From: Nageia nagi
Taxonomy: Eukaryota > Plantae > Pinophyta
Length of the DNA stretch: 64,000 bases
Direction of reading: 5' to 3'
NCBI GenBank assembly: GCA_050084985.1
Contig: JBITNC010000001.1
Location: 139,748,001-139,812,000, forward strand
The translations under genes were made by a program, and so were the position numbers. Every line of letters starts with the position of its first letter. The stretch's first letter is position 1. The notes under the pieces were generated by a model. The model saw only the letters and a program-made list of their open reading frames with translations. It was not told the origin of the DNA and did not search any database. Shown piece after piece: positions 1 through 12,514 of this stretch.

Positions 1-719
1 TAAAATGTAGAACCTAAATTGTGTAAAATATGAATATACATAATAAGTAAATTGGACTTCAATATAAGAACTAGATATGTACACTATATTAGATACAACA
101 ATAATACATAAAAACATGCATATGATATGAAGTGTATGTCAATCCTAAAAAAAAATGGCAATGGATATTTGGAGGATGGGATGATTGGAGACAAGATTGT
201 AATGGATCTTTGTATGCATGGATCAATAGCCTCTGCCACTAAAATATGAAATCCTAAATTCTTAGGATGCATGCGGTTAATAGTGTTAAATATGAATAAT
301 TATGGAGTGCATAAAAGATAGAAAGTTTCAAAGCTTAGAGTATAATAATTTCTCATAATAGGTGGCATATAAAGACATTGTTGCTTGATAATATAAGGAG
401 ACAACCCCCTATCAGAGATCTTGTAATATCAAAGAGTTTTGATATGTGGAGGTCAACCTATTCCACTCACATATATAGCCTACAAAGACATGGAGATGAG
501 TGAAGGATGACCTCTAGCAATAATATAAAACTTTATTATATTCAAGATAAATTAAAATATGAACTATAGCGTATGACATTGCATTGACCCTAGCATATTG
601 TAATATCAACTTTATCTTGGACATTTGTAATACTGCAATAAATCATTTAGGAAGTTTAAATATGATTTATTAAATAAATAATAAATCATTTTTTAGGTAT
701 ATACATTTTTAGTTATCCA

Positions 720-1788
720 TATGTGAGGAACTCATAAGTGCTTATGTTGTATTTCTTATATTCACCAACACATACTTTATACATCTGGTGACTATGAGTA
801 TTTTCTTGGCATCTTTGTGATGACTTATAGTGCACCATTATCAGTTTATAGATTCTATTAATTGATTCATTTATCTTATGTTAATATGAATGTTTATATG
901 ATGCATCTAATTGATCTTATTTATGAGTTGCTTGTAGATTGTAGGTTTCTTCTTAAAAATGCATGTCATCTACTTTGAGTGGGTAGGATCATGGAGGCTC
1001 ATCATGTCAACCTGTTGTTAAATGACTACTTTGTATAGTGAAATCAGTTATGGTTAATGATTGTATGGTAAACCATTTTATCAAATGGTAATGTAATGAG
1101 CCTCAATCTAAGATCTTGCTTAATTCTCAAATATGTGAATGTTCTCATCTTCAATTGTATCTTTATGGAGGAGAAATCTCTCTTTCTTCTCTCCACTCTA
1201 TCCCATATTACATTAAAGAGGAGTGTTAGAATGTATAATGCATTATTGTAAAGTTTATTAATGTAATTCCTTAATACTTAAAGGTATTCTAGATATCTTA
1301 AGTATTTAGTAAATATGGTAATGTAAATTCATAATTACTTAAAAGTATCCCTACATATCTTTGAAGTATTTATGAATAAAATATTCTAACTTGTCCTACA
1401 CTCCATCTCATGGACATGCCCCTTGGGTAAAACGGGTGATGCATGGCATGACTTTGTATAATGGTTAAAAAAATGATCTAAGGGAGGATTTTGTCTTATA
1501 AATAAAGGGCCCTCTCTTTGAGATTACTCACTCAAGTTTGTAGTATTCTTATGCTCTAGGATTGTTAGGACAAGTAGGAAGAGTTGTTGTAAGATAGTGC
1601 ACTTTGAGAATAAGGATCTTAAATTAGTGGATGTACTCCCATTGTTGAAGGAACCACTTTATATTGGTGTTATATTTGTAAGATTGGCTATCTTTTTTAT
1701 GATATTATGATGATGGTATAGATAGATTTCATGAGATCTTGGTTGAATAGAGATTTAGTCATTTAGGCTTAGTTCTCTTAAATCTTCA
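720..1788 (+). mobile_element. 3' end of an old Ty1/Copia element (3' non-coding region, PPT, 3' LTR ~1224-1788), related to the young Copia at 39065-47881
   Basis: ~765-1223 matches the reverse complement of ~39555-40000 (e.g. 'ttaatgattgtatggtaaaccatttt', 'gtatctttatggaggaga'). PPT 'aaagaggag' is followed by TGTTAGAAT at 1224, a TATA-like 'tataaataaagggcc' lies at ~1497, and the LTR ends ...AATCTTCA at 1788, where LINE sequence resumes. The left boundary is uncertain. Confidence 0.75.
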
Positions 1789-4700
1789 AAAACAAACCTA
1801 TCCTATTTGGTCCCAATATCGGTTTCCTCTTGCTAACTTTCTAGAAGCTCAATGGTTTACTTGATTTAATTTCCAAGCAATGCTAATAGAGTTTTGAAAA
1901 GGCTAGATCAGGCTATGTTGTATGAAAGTGATATTTTTCATTTTGATAGACTTTCCCTCACTTTTCCCTTTGTTTTTGTATTCCAATACCACTATGCCTG
2001 ACCATGCCCCATCCTTTTTATGTGTCACCTGACAGCTCCTATTAGGGTTTTTCGATCTCAATTTTATTTGAATACTTCCTTATTATAACATCCTTCTATC
2101 AGAGTCATATCATTCAATCTATAACTTAATCCCTAGACCAACAAATTCTACCAGTTGGATTCAATGGTGAAACAATTCTATTATTTGGACCATTAAAGTC
2201 CTTTGTACCCTTGGTGTGGAATTTGATAAGAGAAGGTGCAAATTAACTAGGTTGTGAAAACATATTTTGCTCATATCACTAGAAATATTGAGTCTAATCC
2301 TTTCAGTACCATTGCTTAGGCGTATGTTGTTACTCTCCATCATGAAATTAGGAAAGTTGATCTTTATGAGACCAAGGGACCTCGACTTCACGCTTATCTT
2401 AGTTAGCTCAACGTTGGGGATAAGGTTTCTATAGAGTTCTTTACGTGCCTCCATCCTCCCATCGATGTGTCTCAATTTCATGCTATCCAGTCAAATGGAG
2501 TTTGCCTTACCTCTCTTCCAAATATCATTTCAACCTTTATTTTTCATTACCAGAAGGTCTTTTCCTCCCAGCCTCTTACACCTATTCATTAGCAAGCCCT
2601 AGTTAGTGTTGTATCATCATACCTCTTAAGCTTTCTCATGCTTAAAGGGACAATTATGATACTCCTCTCTCCTTATAAGATTTGAACTTTGTTCTTTCTT
2701 AAATAGCTAATTGCAAAGCTCCTATTATTGATGGTTTCCCCTATGGTTTTTATAAAGAATTCTAGGATATGATTGGATTGAAACTTCTTTAGGTTTATAG
2801 AGAAGCTATGAACATTAGATCTTTGGGCCCAATGATAAACAAAGGTAATATAAAATTCATACCCAAGCTTAGAGATCCTAAATGTATTACCAATTGGTGC
2901 CCAATTACCTTTTGAATGTTAGTTATAAAATCATTACAAAATATTTAGCTCTCAAGTTAAGACCTCTTTTACCTTTGATTATTTGACTAAAGAAAACAAG
3001 GTTTGTTAAAGCTTGGTATATTTTGGACTATGTTATAGTTATGTGGGAAGGTATGGAATGGGCCCGCTCTTTAGATCAACATGCTTTGTTCATTAAAATT
3101 GACTATAAGAAGGCTTATGATAGGATTGAATGGTATTTCATTATTTCCATGCTTGATTTTGGCCTATATTTTATTTCTTTTATGAAGATGCTCTTCAAGG
3201 ATGCTTTTATTGTGCTTACCATGAACGAATCTCAATCTGATAGCATTTCTTTAACTCTCTTTGCTCACCAAGGCTTTTCTCTAGCTCCCTCCTTATTTAT
3301 CCTAGCCGTAGAAGCTTTTAGTTACCTCCTTATGCATCAAGACCCTCAAGGTATCATCAAAAGAATTTCCCTTCCTAATTCTCAAATGCAGCTCTTGAAT
3401 GACCATTTTATTGATTATTTGTTTCTCACTCTTCAAGAAGATGAGCATTATGTTATTAATGCCTTAAAATTCTTGGATACTTTTTGTCTTTCTTTTGGTT
3501 CTAGTATCTAGTGGTAAAATACTTTTTGCTACATGTAATCTATATGTATTCTCCCTTATTCGCTTGCTCGATTCCCTTGGAAATGGATCCAAAATAGAGA
3601 GGTGTTTAAATTTTTTGGGATCCCTTTTTCTTTTCAAGCTTCCCCTGCTCAATTTTGGAACTTTGTTGTTCATAAGGTTAATAAAAGCTAAGCTATTGGG
3701 CTACCAAGAAATTATCTTTTGTTGGGAAGTTTCAAATATGTTCAAAGGTTCTTGCTTCTACCCATGTGTACTACTCTTCTTGTTGGGTCCCTTCCAAATC
3801 ATGTTACCAAAAGTTAGACAAACTCTTGAGGGATTTCATTTGGGCTTCTGATGTTCATAAAAGAGGCTTTCACATAGTTTCTTAGGACATTTGATATCTC
3901 CCTTGGGAACCTGATGAAATGGGCTTATTTGATTGTCAACTTCAAGGTTTTGCTTTGTGTACGAAGTGGATTCTGAGAGCTTTGGAAGGGGATGAAGCTT
4001 GGAAGCTTCTTGTTCATCATTGTATTTCTTAGGTCTTCCCTTTGAAAAAAAAGGTTGAAAAGTTTTTAATTTCCAAACTAGGAATTGGTACTCTTTAGAT
4101 ATTTTTCAAAGGATTTATGGCATCAAAATAGATGATAAAGCTACCTTTGATGTGGTTGTGGATAAAGCACTTTTCTCAGTTTGGAATAAAATTGGAAATT
4201 ATTTTCAAAAATTGTGGTGGTCTAACTAGTTTTAGGCTAAAAATATGAACCTTGTTAAATACAAATCTCACCATGGTTATTATTGGCTCTCTTCCAAAAT
4301 TCCTATGTTTGATATATTGAATCTTATATGGGATCTTATGTCTTCTCAATCATGGTGATCTTTGCATTTTTTTGTTTCTTGGGTTAAGTATATTGAACCT
4401 AAGCAAAGTTTCTTTTCTTGGAGTTTGCTTCATCAAGCCTTCCTATTAGTCACAGGCATACGTATTTAGGTGTTACTAACCCTACTTGTCCTATTTATCA
4501 AGAGCTTGAAGATTTCACTCATGTTTTCTAGTTTTATTGTAAAGTTGAATAGGTGTGGGAGTGGATCCTTTCCCTTTTCCACCCTTTCTTAGCTTCCCCT
4601 TATTCTTAGGTTCATGTTATTTTAGGGGATCCTCTCATTTTTTAAAAACCCTTAAATGAAGTTTGGAATATTTTCAGAATTATCATTCTCTATCACCTAT

Positions 4701-6221
4701 GGAAAACTAGAAATAATGTTATTTTCGATTGGGAAGAGGCTTCAACAACCTTTAGTCTTGCTGATAAATATGCTATTTTCTATGATTGCTGGTTATAGAT
4801 TATTGTATAGGTGGAAAAGGTGAATGTGGAGGTTCAACACTTATGTAATTTGCTTGATAAGTGGGGGATTGCACCTTGCACCACTAGCCATGTCCCACTT
4901 AAAGAGTTTCCTCCTTGTCGAGCATGATCGTAGGGTGGCTCAACATTTGTCTCATGGTGTTACTTTGATAAATTCTCATCATCATTGGTCTCAACCCTCA
5001 CCCGATCCTAAGATTGAATATTGGAGATCCCTCCTCTTCTCGCTCTCGTAGTGGTTGGGATGTTCATTTTGAACCTTCTACCCTTGTTACCGATTTGGGA
5101 GATGTATCAAATCCCATGCCTCAAGCTTTTCATGAGGAAGTTGATATGTATGCTAATACTAGTGGGAGTAATTATAATGATGGGTGGAGTACTTCTGTTG
5201 AGGAGGTTGATGGTTAGGAGCATATGAAGCATGTGGATAACTTCCATCCTCCTCCCTCCAATGGTTGATTTAGTTATATGTACAAATGATTCATAGTGTC
5301 AGTTAGTTTTTGGGTATCATATTTTGATGAAACTTCGGATATTTGTATTTGGTATTTTGATAGACTTGTTTCTCTAACTACTAAGTAGTTAATTTACTGT
5401 TGTGGTGTTCCACAAGGTGTGCTTAATCCTACCCACTTTTTTTTTTATAAAAGGTAAATATATTATCAAAAGAAGTGCACAGGTTTTGACAAGATCCCCA
5501 AAACTTATTACAACTTAGAGATATTCATGTACGATCTTTTCACAAAAATCAGTACAACTACATTTATGTTACTACCTATATATCGTTAAACTATGGCTAA
5601 ACTATAGCCACCGATACATACATATAAGCCCCAACATACAATTTACAAAATGGCTGGGGAAAATAAAAAAAATAATTAAACAAAAGAACACAAAGGAATC
5701 TACTTTATATGGTAGGAAGGATCCTTCCCCTTCTTTTTGGTGTTGGGCTTTGGCTGGTCAGGGTTCTGGCTTTCTTCAGGTGCCAATTTGCTGGCAATAG
5801 AGTCTCTCATTATTCTCTTCTTTAGAGGCTTTTTCTTGGACTGCATGGAGCTAGACTCCTTTGGTCTTCTTACAACTTTCATACTTATCTCGAGTGGGGC
5901 CTATGTGGCCTAGAGGATGTATCCTTTCTCCTTATCCATCTTCGACTGAACCTTTTCAACATTAATGTTTTGTTCTAGGAGGTTGGGTTGGTTGTAAGCT
6001 TTTGAGATGAGGTCCAAACCCAAGGTGTTGTCTTGGTCCTTCTTTGGTTGAGCTAAGATTTCTTTAGGCTCGACCCATTAGGAGGTTTCCTGTTTGAGGT
6101 CCTCTTCGATCTCGACCACCTCCTCCTAAATAGGCTTTATATCCCTTCATATCCCACCCACCATTTTTGTATGAAAAAAAATTAATAATATAAAATCTTT
6201 TTCATCAAAAAAAAAAAAAAA
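1789..6221 (+). mobile_element. LINE-A: degenerate L1-clade LINE (ORF2 APE endonuclease C-term, RT, zf-RVT, 3' UTR, poly-A)
   Basis: Motifs FLKRLD (endonuclease), DGFP..FYKEF, IKFIPK, KIDYKKAYDRIEW, QGFSLAPSLF, FLGIPF and zf-RVT-like 'CPIYQELEDFTHVF', with many stops and frameshifts. 3' end 'tttttcatc(A)15' at ~6198-6221 matches the LINE-B tail. Interrupted by the insert at 5437-6150. Confidence 0.9.
5437..6150 (-). mobile_element. 5'-truncated retroposed (LINE-like) fragment inserted antisense in the LINE-A 3' UTR
   Basis: T10 tract at 5437-5446 (poly-A on -). Flanked by the direct repeat atcctacccac (5426-5436) / atcccacccac (6151-6161). Removing it restores the contiguous 3' UTR seen in LINE-B. 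Confidence 0.75.
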
Positions 6222-6368
6222 TTACACAATAATAATCTATAAAAATAAAAACTCATCATACAAAATGAATATTCCATTTACCTTATCATCTTGTCTATAA
6301 TTGTGGGTAGCGTAGTTTGGATCTGATTCCTGTGGCTGGTACTACTTGGGAGACTCGTTTAAGGGGGA

Positions 6369-6505
6369 ATGGAGTCCATGGGAGTGTTAAAGCACGTATT
6401 GATTGTTAAATTCAAGGAGGACATCACCCCTGCTAGAATCGAAGAGCTCGTGAAAGCATTCGCCAACCTTGTCAATCTCATAGAACCCATGAAAGGATTC
6501 CAATG
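6369..6505 (+). CDS. HS1: Stress-response A/B barrel (Dabb) domain protein, HS1/SP1-like, exon 1
   Basis: Translates MESMGVLKHVLIVKFKEDITPARIEELVKAFANLVNLIEPMKGFQ(W), with the typical KHxLxxKFK...ANLVNLIEPMKxFxW motif. GT donor 'tg|gtatgt' at 6506 (phase 2). Confidence 0.93.
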
Positions 6506-6945
6506 GTATGTATCAATGCAATTCCACTGTTTTGAAATATTATAGTATTCCATGGATTTGAATGTACCAACGCACTGTAATCGGCTTCCTTTGTATTCAT
6601 GAATATCAAGCTGGATGGTGTGGAACTATTTGTGTCTTTACTTTCTCATATATCATTACAATCACCCTAACATTGCTATTTAAACATGTTGATTTGTTTA
6701 TGGTGTGGCGTTACAAACCCCAGTTAAGCCTGTAATGTTTGGATTAAAGCTAATCAGAGAAGTAATTATATGAACATGAAAACTGTAAACCCCATTGGCG
6801 AAGTAAATCCAGGGACCTGTCCGCCCCCTACATCTGACACCATCTGACATCCATTGCCTGTAGATCTGGGGATTCCGGTAAAAGGTCAGCCTACGCGTAT
6901 GATCTTTTTAGAGAGGGATCTTATTAGATCCTTACTACAGAGGGA

Positions 6946-7325
6946 TCCTATTATGATCCTGTGTGTATGCAAAAAAGTGAACAAAAATGTAAGTCATGAA
7001 ACACATACACATATTTCGAAGATTTAAATCTGGGTTGCTCAACTTGGATCCTTTGTTTATAAAAAATTGAAGTAAAGATTCTTTTAGAATTATATGGTCC
7101 TTTAGCAAAAAATTTCATCAAGAAGGATGGACACCTCCTATTATGATCCTGTGTGTATGCAAAAAAAGTGAACAAAAATGTAAGTCATGAAACACATACA
7201 CATATTTCGAAGATTTAAATCTGGGTTGCTCAACTTGGATCCTTTGTTTATAACAAATTGAAGTAAAGATTCTTTTAGAATTATATGGTCCTTTAGCAAA
7301 CAATTTCATCAAGAAGGATGGACAC
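6946..7325. repeat. Tandem duplication, 190-bp unit x2, intronic
   Basis: 'tcctattatgatcctgtgtgtatgc...aagaaggatggacac' at 6946-7134 and 7136-7325; about 3 differences. Confidence 0.95.
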
Positions 7326-7430
7326 TAAAAAATGAAGGTACTGATTGGTTATGTTTGTCAACTTGTAATGCTTTATTGGCTTGCAGTTAGGGTTTGAAGG
7401 ATGAGGATATTAGTGGGATTTACTCTTGCT

Positions 7431-7516
7431 TTATTTAAGTTAAAATATTTTAAAATCTAAATACTACATGTATTTATTTAAGTTAAAATATTTTAAAATC
7501 TAAATGGTACATGTAT
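7431..7516. repeat. ~43-bp tandem duplication, intronic
   Basis: 'ttatttaagttaaaatattttaaaatctaaat..tacatgtatt' occurs twice. Confidence 0.85.
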
Positions 7517-10500
7517 TTTTTTCTTGGGTGTTCATTGAAACATTCCAACCGTTCCAGAGGATGTTCCTATATTCCCAAAACGAGGTAAAGCCGAGAATAC
7601 CTACCTCTCCCAAAAGGGGAAACACGCTCCCACGAACCCTTGACCTGGATCACTATTGCCAGCTCATTTGGGTGTTACCATCTAAGTGTGGATCCCAACC
7701 CAATTTCCATTGTCTGATCTGCAATAAAAATAAAACTTAAGAGCATTATTGTTCTTGCCAGAATACATTTCCTAACAGAGTGCATTATTGTTTATGTCAG
7801 AATGCATCTCTGAACCATGTTCATTATCTTTAAGTGCTCTTGAACCCAACTGGTAGCATCCATTAATCTCAAGTATCCCTCTGGGCTTCTTCATGATGCT
7901 GTCCAAAGTTCACAATTCCTATGTCCAGTATCACAATGGGTTGACATTTTAGATAAGCTGCTGAGGTCTGAATACTCCTCTGTGTCAAGTCTTAAAGCTT
8001 CAAGTGGCACAGAAAGGGTATTCAAATTTACTTCAATGCATATGTGGAGTCTGGACATATAATACTCCAGGTAAGCTTGGCAAGTAACAACAGGATAGAC
8101 CATATGTGGCAAAGAGAAGAAAAATCTGAAACTGAATCAGTTCCAGATATATGGAAAAGAAGAGAATCTTCTTCTTAACCAAAATTCTATTGCAAATTGC
8201 CAAATACCTATATGAACTGAGCATGATGCAAATAAACCACAAGAGTAATATGTACATTTGCTTATCAGTGTGATAATCAGTTTGAATTTCAATTTCATGT
8301 TCCAGAACTAACATGAATAAAACCTAGCTGTTATCAATGTCTGTAGCTTAATTGAGGCTTTTTGAATTAGAGAAAAGCTTAGAAAGCTATGTTCTGGTTG
8401 TTTTCAATACAAGTTTACCATCTTGGTGAAGCCAACAATTGGAATAGCCATGTCCAAGAAAACAGAGTATGTAATTTCTGTTAAATGAAGGGTACACAGA
8501 CAGCAAAACCTAGAACCATGGACCTGACTGAGGCACATAACAAATTAAAGCTTCTTGATCCATTTGGAGAGAGAACTTCATGTCTTGATAAAAACCTAAA
8601 ATTTATAGGAACTTATTTTGAAGAGTGGAAAGGTGATTAATAGCTACTGAAATGGGAATTAAGTTTCTTTTTGATAGCAGGGAGCAAAGACTGAAGAACA
8701 TTGAACATTGAGTTTGGATACCATTGACTATCAACTTTAACCAGAGTAAAGTATGATATATAAGTTCAGGCAGGCATTCTTAGACTGGATAATGTAAAAC
8801 TTTGCAGCTTACATGTGAAACATTCAACATTTTGCATGACTACTATTATAGAGTAAGACATGCGAAAGAAAAACAAAGATGCACTCGAAACAGTTGTGTT
8901 GTTGATGGAAAGGCAGGATTATTGTCAATGACATTATTTTACATATGAAAAATAATAGCAGCGTGTTCCAGTCAAAGCACAACTTTCAACCGCTATATAG
9001 AAGCTGCAAATGATTTTAAGTTGGTTTTTACCAATGATGATATGAGTTAGCATGACAACTACTAACCTATCATCTTTCAGTTGAGGTATAAATTAGAAAC
9101 ATTGAAGATATAAAATAAATGTGAAAGAATTTGTGCGTCTGGAGCAGTGGAAATACATTTGCAAGTTGAAACCATTGTTCAAATGAGAAAATTTGGAAAA
9201 AGTTGGCAAATATATTGTTTTTTAACGATAAGAAGTGCTCAGCCAAAGTCATGATATAAAAGAATAATGTCAACTCGCATGTGGATGAAATTGATAATGT
9301 TTCATGCTGTACTTCAAAGGTACCATTTGCTTGTGTAGACTTTGAGGAGGAGATGCCACTGGTGTAACTTGATTACTAATATCTATTATTATTTAGTAGT
9401 CTGATTTTGAGGGTTGTCTATTACTAGATGACAAAAAAGATGTGTGCAACCAGATTCTGCTTATTGATCCCTCTGTAGTGCCTACCAGAAGTATATCTTC
9501 GAAAGAGGGAAACTGTATCGTTTTGTTTTATGAGATAATGATTGACAAGGAGGCTCTGATTCTGTAGTTGGTTTTGGTCTCTGAAACTATTATAAACCAG
9601 CAAGCAAATGGAATGTTTCTTTCACATCTGGTATGATTTTTGACTGGACATTGTTCGCCTATGGATTGACTGGACATTTGTACTCCGCCAGAAATGGGAA
9701 ACAACAAACAAATATCTGTTGATTTGGGGATCCCAAATCTAAAGGATTGTATAAATATTCATTTCTGGTCTCTGCTTTCCACTTTTCAAAGTGTTCATAT
9801 GCAAGTTTATTAAAACAGTTGCCTATTTCATGTGTTTTTACGTTTTTTTTTGGCCTGTTATCCTCTTCTTTAACTTACTCATCTCCTTCTTGTTTTTGCC
9901 TTTTAAATGCTGTGAAGTTACTGCTTCCTTGTTCGAGGATTGAAATTTCTCTTCATTCTTTGTCTTCTTATTTTCAGTTTCATGCATCCATTTGTCATTC
10001 ATTGCAAACTGCCATAAGCCTTTCTTGGAATCAATTGGTAAATTGCTGCCAGTCTCAGAGAAGCTGTATTAGTAGTTATCACATGTTGGGTGGCAGCCAA
10101 CCATAAACAGGTATCACAAAATCTGAATAGCATCCTAAGAAAGCAAAGCTAATATCATTGGTTATGAGGAATGCATTAGTTGCATATAAACTTTAGTATC
10201 ACATAACGATGACACCTAGGTGTGGAACATAAAATTGTTTTGACTGAGGTTGTCACCTGCTACTGGCTAGCAAACTTCTCTTTGTCATCGCTGATCTTAG
10301 ATGGAATAGGTTTTGAAGTTGTTCATCAGAATTCCCTTTAAGTCCGGCTATCCTTCATCTGTTATTTACTCTAATGACTTGATCTTCGTTTCTTGTATAA
10401 TTACATTACTCTATTGCAAAACATATAACTAGTCAAGTAGATTAGTTCTATTTGTGTTTAGAGTTCTGGAAGTGGGTTGGTGCTCTTTCTTGACAAGGAA

Positions 10501-10934
10501 TTGCATAATGAATACACAACATAATTATCCTGGTGGAGAAGTAATTTTGTGTTGTCTTTTTGCTGTCAAGTTGGTTGCTCAAAATGAACAATATGCATTT
10601 GCTTGTTGCAGATTTATGTCTGAAACACTAACTGGCATTCATTTTTAGAATTATCATTTCTTCCAAAACATGCGTTGACCCTTGTATAGAATACAGAATC
10701 CTATTCTGACGTAATGCAAATCTTGGTGTATTCGAAAGTTAATGAACCTCAGAATGATAGAAATATTTTTTTGATACCGAGAAATTTCTGACTAACTTCC
10801 CTATATATGATGAACAGCATTTCCGCTAATAGTTTGTGGAAATAAAAGTAATAAGAGGACTCTAATCCATAGCAGCACATAGTTTTGGCATATTTCTAGA
10901 TTTCAATTATTTGCATATCTACTCTTTTTTTCAG

Positions 10935-11121
10935 GGGAGAGAATGTTAGTATTGAAAATTTGAACCAAGGTTTCACCCATGTTTTGGAGTGTACATTTGA
11001 CAATCTGGAAGGTCGTGACGCCTATCTGATCCATCCTGCTCATGTAGAGTTTGCTAATCAGATACTGCCAACACTGGAGAAATTTGTGGTTATTGATTAC
11101 AAACCAATGCGTGTTATATGA
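10935..11121 (+). CDS. HS1: Stress-response A/B barrel (Dabb) domain protein, exon 2 (107-aa product in total)
   Basis: (W)GENVSIENLNQGFTHVLECTFDNLEGRDAYLIHPAHVEFANQILPTLEKFVVIDYKPMRVI*, with the Dabb hallmarks QGFTH and HPAHVEF. Total CDS is 324 nt and ends TGA at 11119-11121. Confidence 0.93.
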
Positions 11122-12432
11122 GGAAGATGAACATTTTTAAATATATTTGGACATTTATTCATGTAATGTGGGTTTTTAAATGCTAAAAGTAAATGACTTT
11201 GTCTCATGTAATCTGGGTTTTTAAATATATTAGGACATTTATTCATGTTAGCAGTTCTAAAGTTTGGCATACATAAAATTTATTCACAGTAAAACAATTT
11301 ATTCATACATGTATGTGGGAATGCGGAACACCATCCTCTCTCTATATATAGTGGACCATGACAAGTATCATTATAATAAGAACATTGACTTTGTGAGAAA
11401 ATTGAATTGTATTATTATATGATTTTTTAAGATATTGAAAGACACGCAGTAATGAATAAAAGTTGTTCTACACTTAATTTTGTAACAGAAAATTAGGGGT
11501 TACATGCTTAACAGAAAATTAGCTTTTCCTTGAATTTGTTTTAGAATAAATGGAATATAAATGCTTTCTCATTGGATCTATATTAGAATGATCCTCTGGT
11601 CTTTTTCTGATCCCTTTCACTACTAACTTGATGAAAAATATATAGTATTATAAAATAATAAAAGTCTAAATCAGCTAAGATTGGCAGTGTGGGATGGTGC
11701 TGATACATTTCTTTCACAATATGGTGTGGTGCTGATGTACTTCATAATTGATACATCAGAGTGTGTTACTTTGGTGAAAATTTTGCTGGTTAATCTCTTC
11801 CATAAAATATTTGATGCATTGTACAAATGCTTTCCTTATAATTCTTTGGTTTCTTTCACAATTCGTATATTACTTTTTTGAAGTGTTTTAATTGATAACT
11901 TACTGCATAAAGCTTTGTTTAGTTGCATAATTTATGAAAATTTGTTTCCAATATTGTATGAGTATGGTTTATGGTATATCTTTTGATTATTTGTGCAATA
12001 TACTCGATTATATTATCAATTTTAATTCTAACAGATAAATAGAATGCATTATCTGTATTTAATTCAATCAAGAAAATAATAAAAATAAATAATAAAAAAT
12101 GATTTTATATTGACATACATATTGATATAAATAAAATATTTCTAGTATTTTATGTATCTTTCAAATGTTTTTTCTTGTTTATATACTCATTTACTATTTA
12201 TTTCATATATTTTTATTTATATTGCATGATAGTTAATATATAAATAATCCATTTGAATATTAATTATCATATTTTGGCATTTAGAAATTATGTTGAGTAT
12301 TATTACCTTTTTCAATGTTATATGATCTGATCATTACAATCCATATTTATTTAAAAAAGGTGAAGTTAATATTTAACGTCCTTTAAATTTGTTGGTTTGT
12401 AAGATCTATAAAAAGTTTTTAATTATCATTAA

Positions 12433-12510
12433 TGTAAGAGGTGGAAGTGGAACTTGAGACCTTAAATGTGGATGCTTTCACACTTAAACTTTGTCTCCTT
12501 AGTCCGCTAA
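12433..12510 (-). pseudogene. Possible decayed tRNA(Leu)-like sequence or SINE head
   Basis: The + strand resembles the reverse complement of a tRNA-Leu ('tgtaagaggtggaagtggaacttgagacc...cttaa...ccttagtccgct'). Heavily mutated; no intact cloverleaf. Confidence 0.3.
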
Positions 12511-12514
12511 CAAG

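Larger units (their letters stand above)
6506..10934 (+). other. 4429-bp GT-AG intron of the HS1-like gene
   Basis: gtatgt donor and 'ctcttttttttcag' acceptor; splicing joins TG|G to give Trp in frame. Confidence 0.88.

Noticed and set aside
1-700. Possible transposase or coding remnant
   Set aside because: No convincing motif in any frame.
7750-8340. Intronic ORFs (7891-8112, 8033-8314) and a strong donor-like cag|gtaagc at 8070
   Set aside because: No recognisable protein similarity, and the Dabb domain is complete with two exons.
9747-10106. 119-aa intronic ORF
   Set aside because: Non-ATG start and Ser/Leu/Phe-rich composition typical of T-rich intron sequence.
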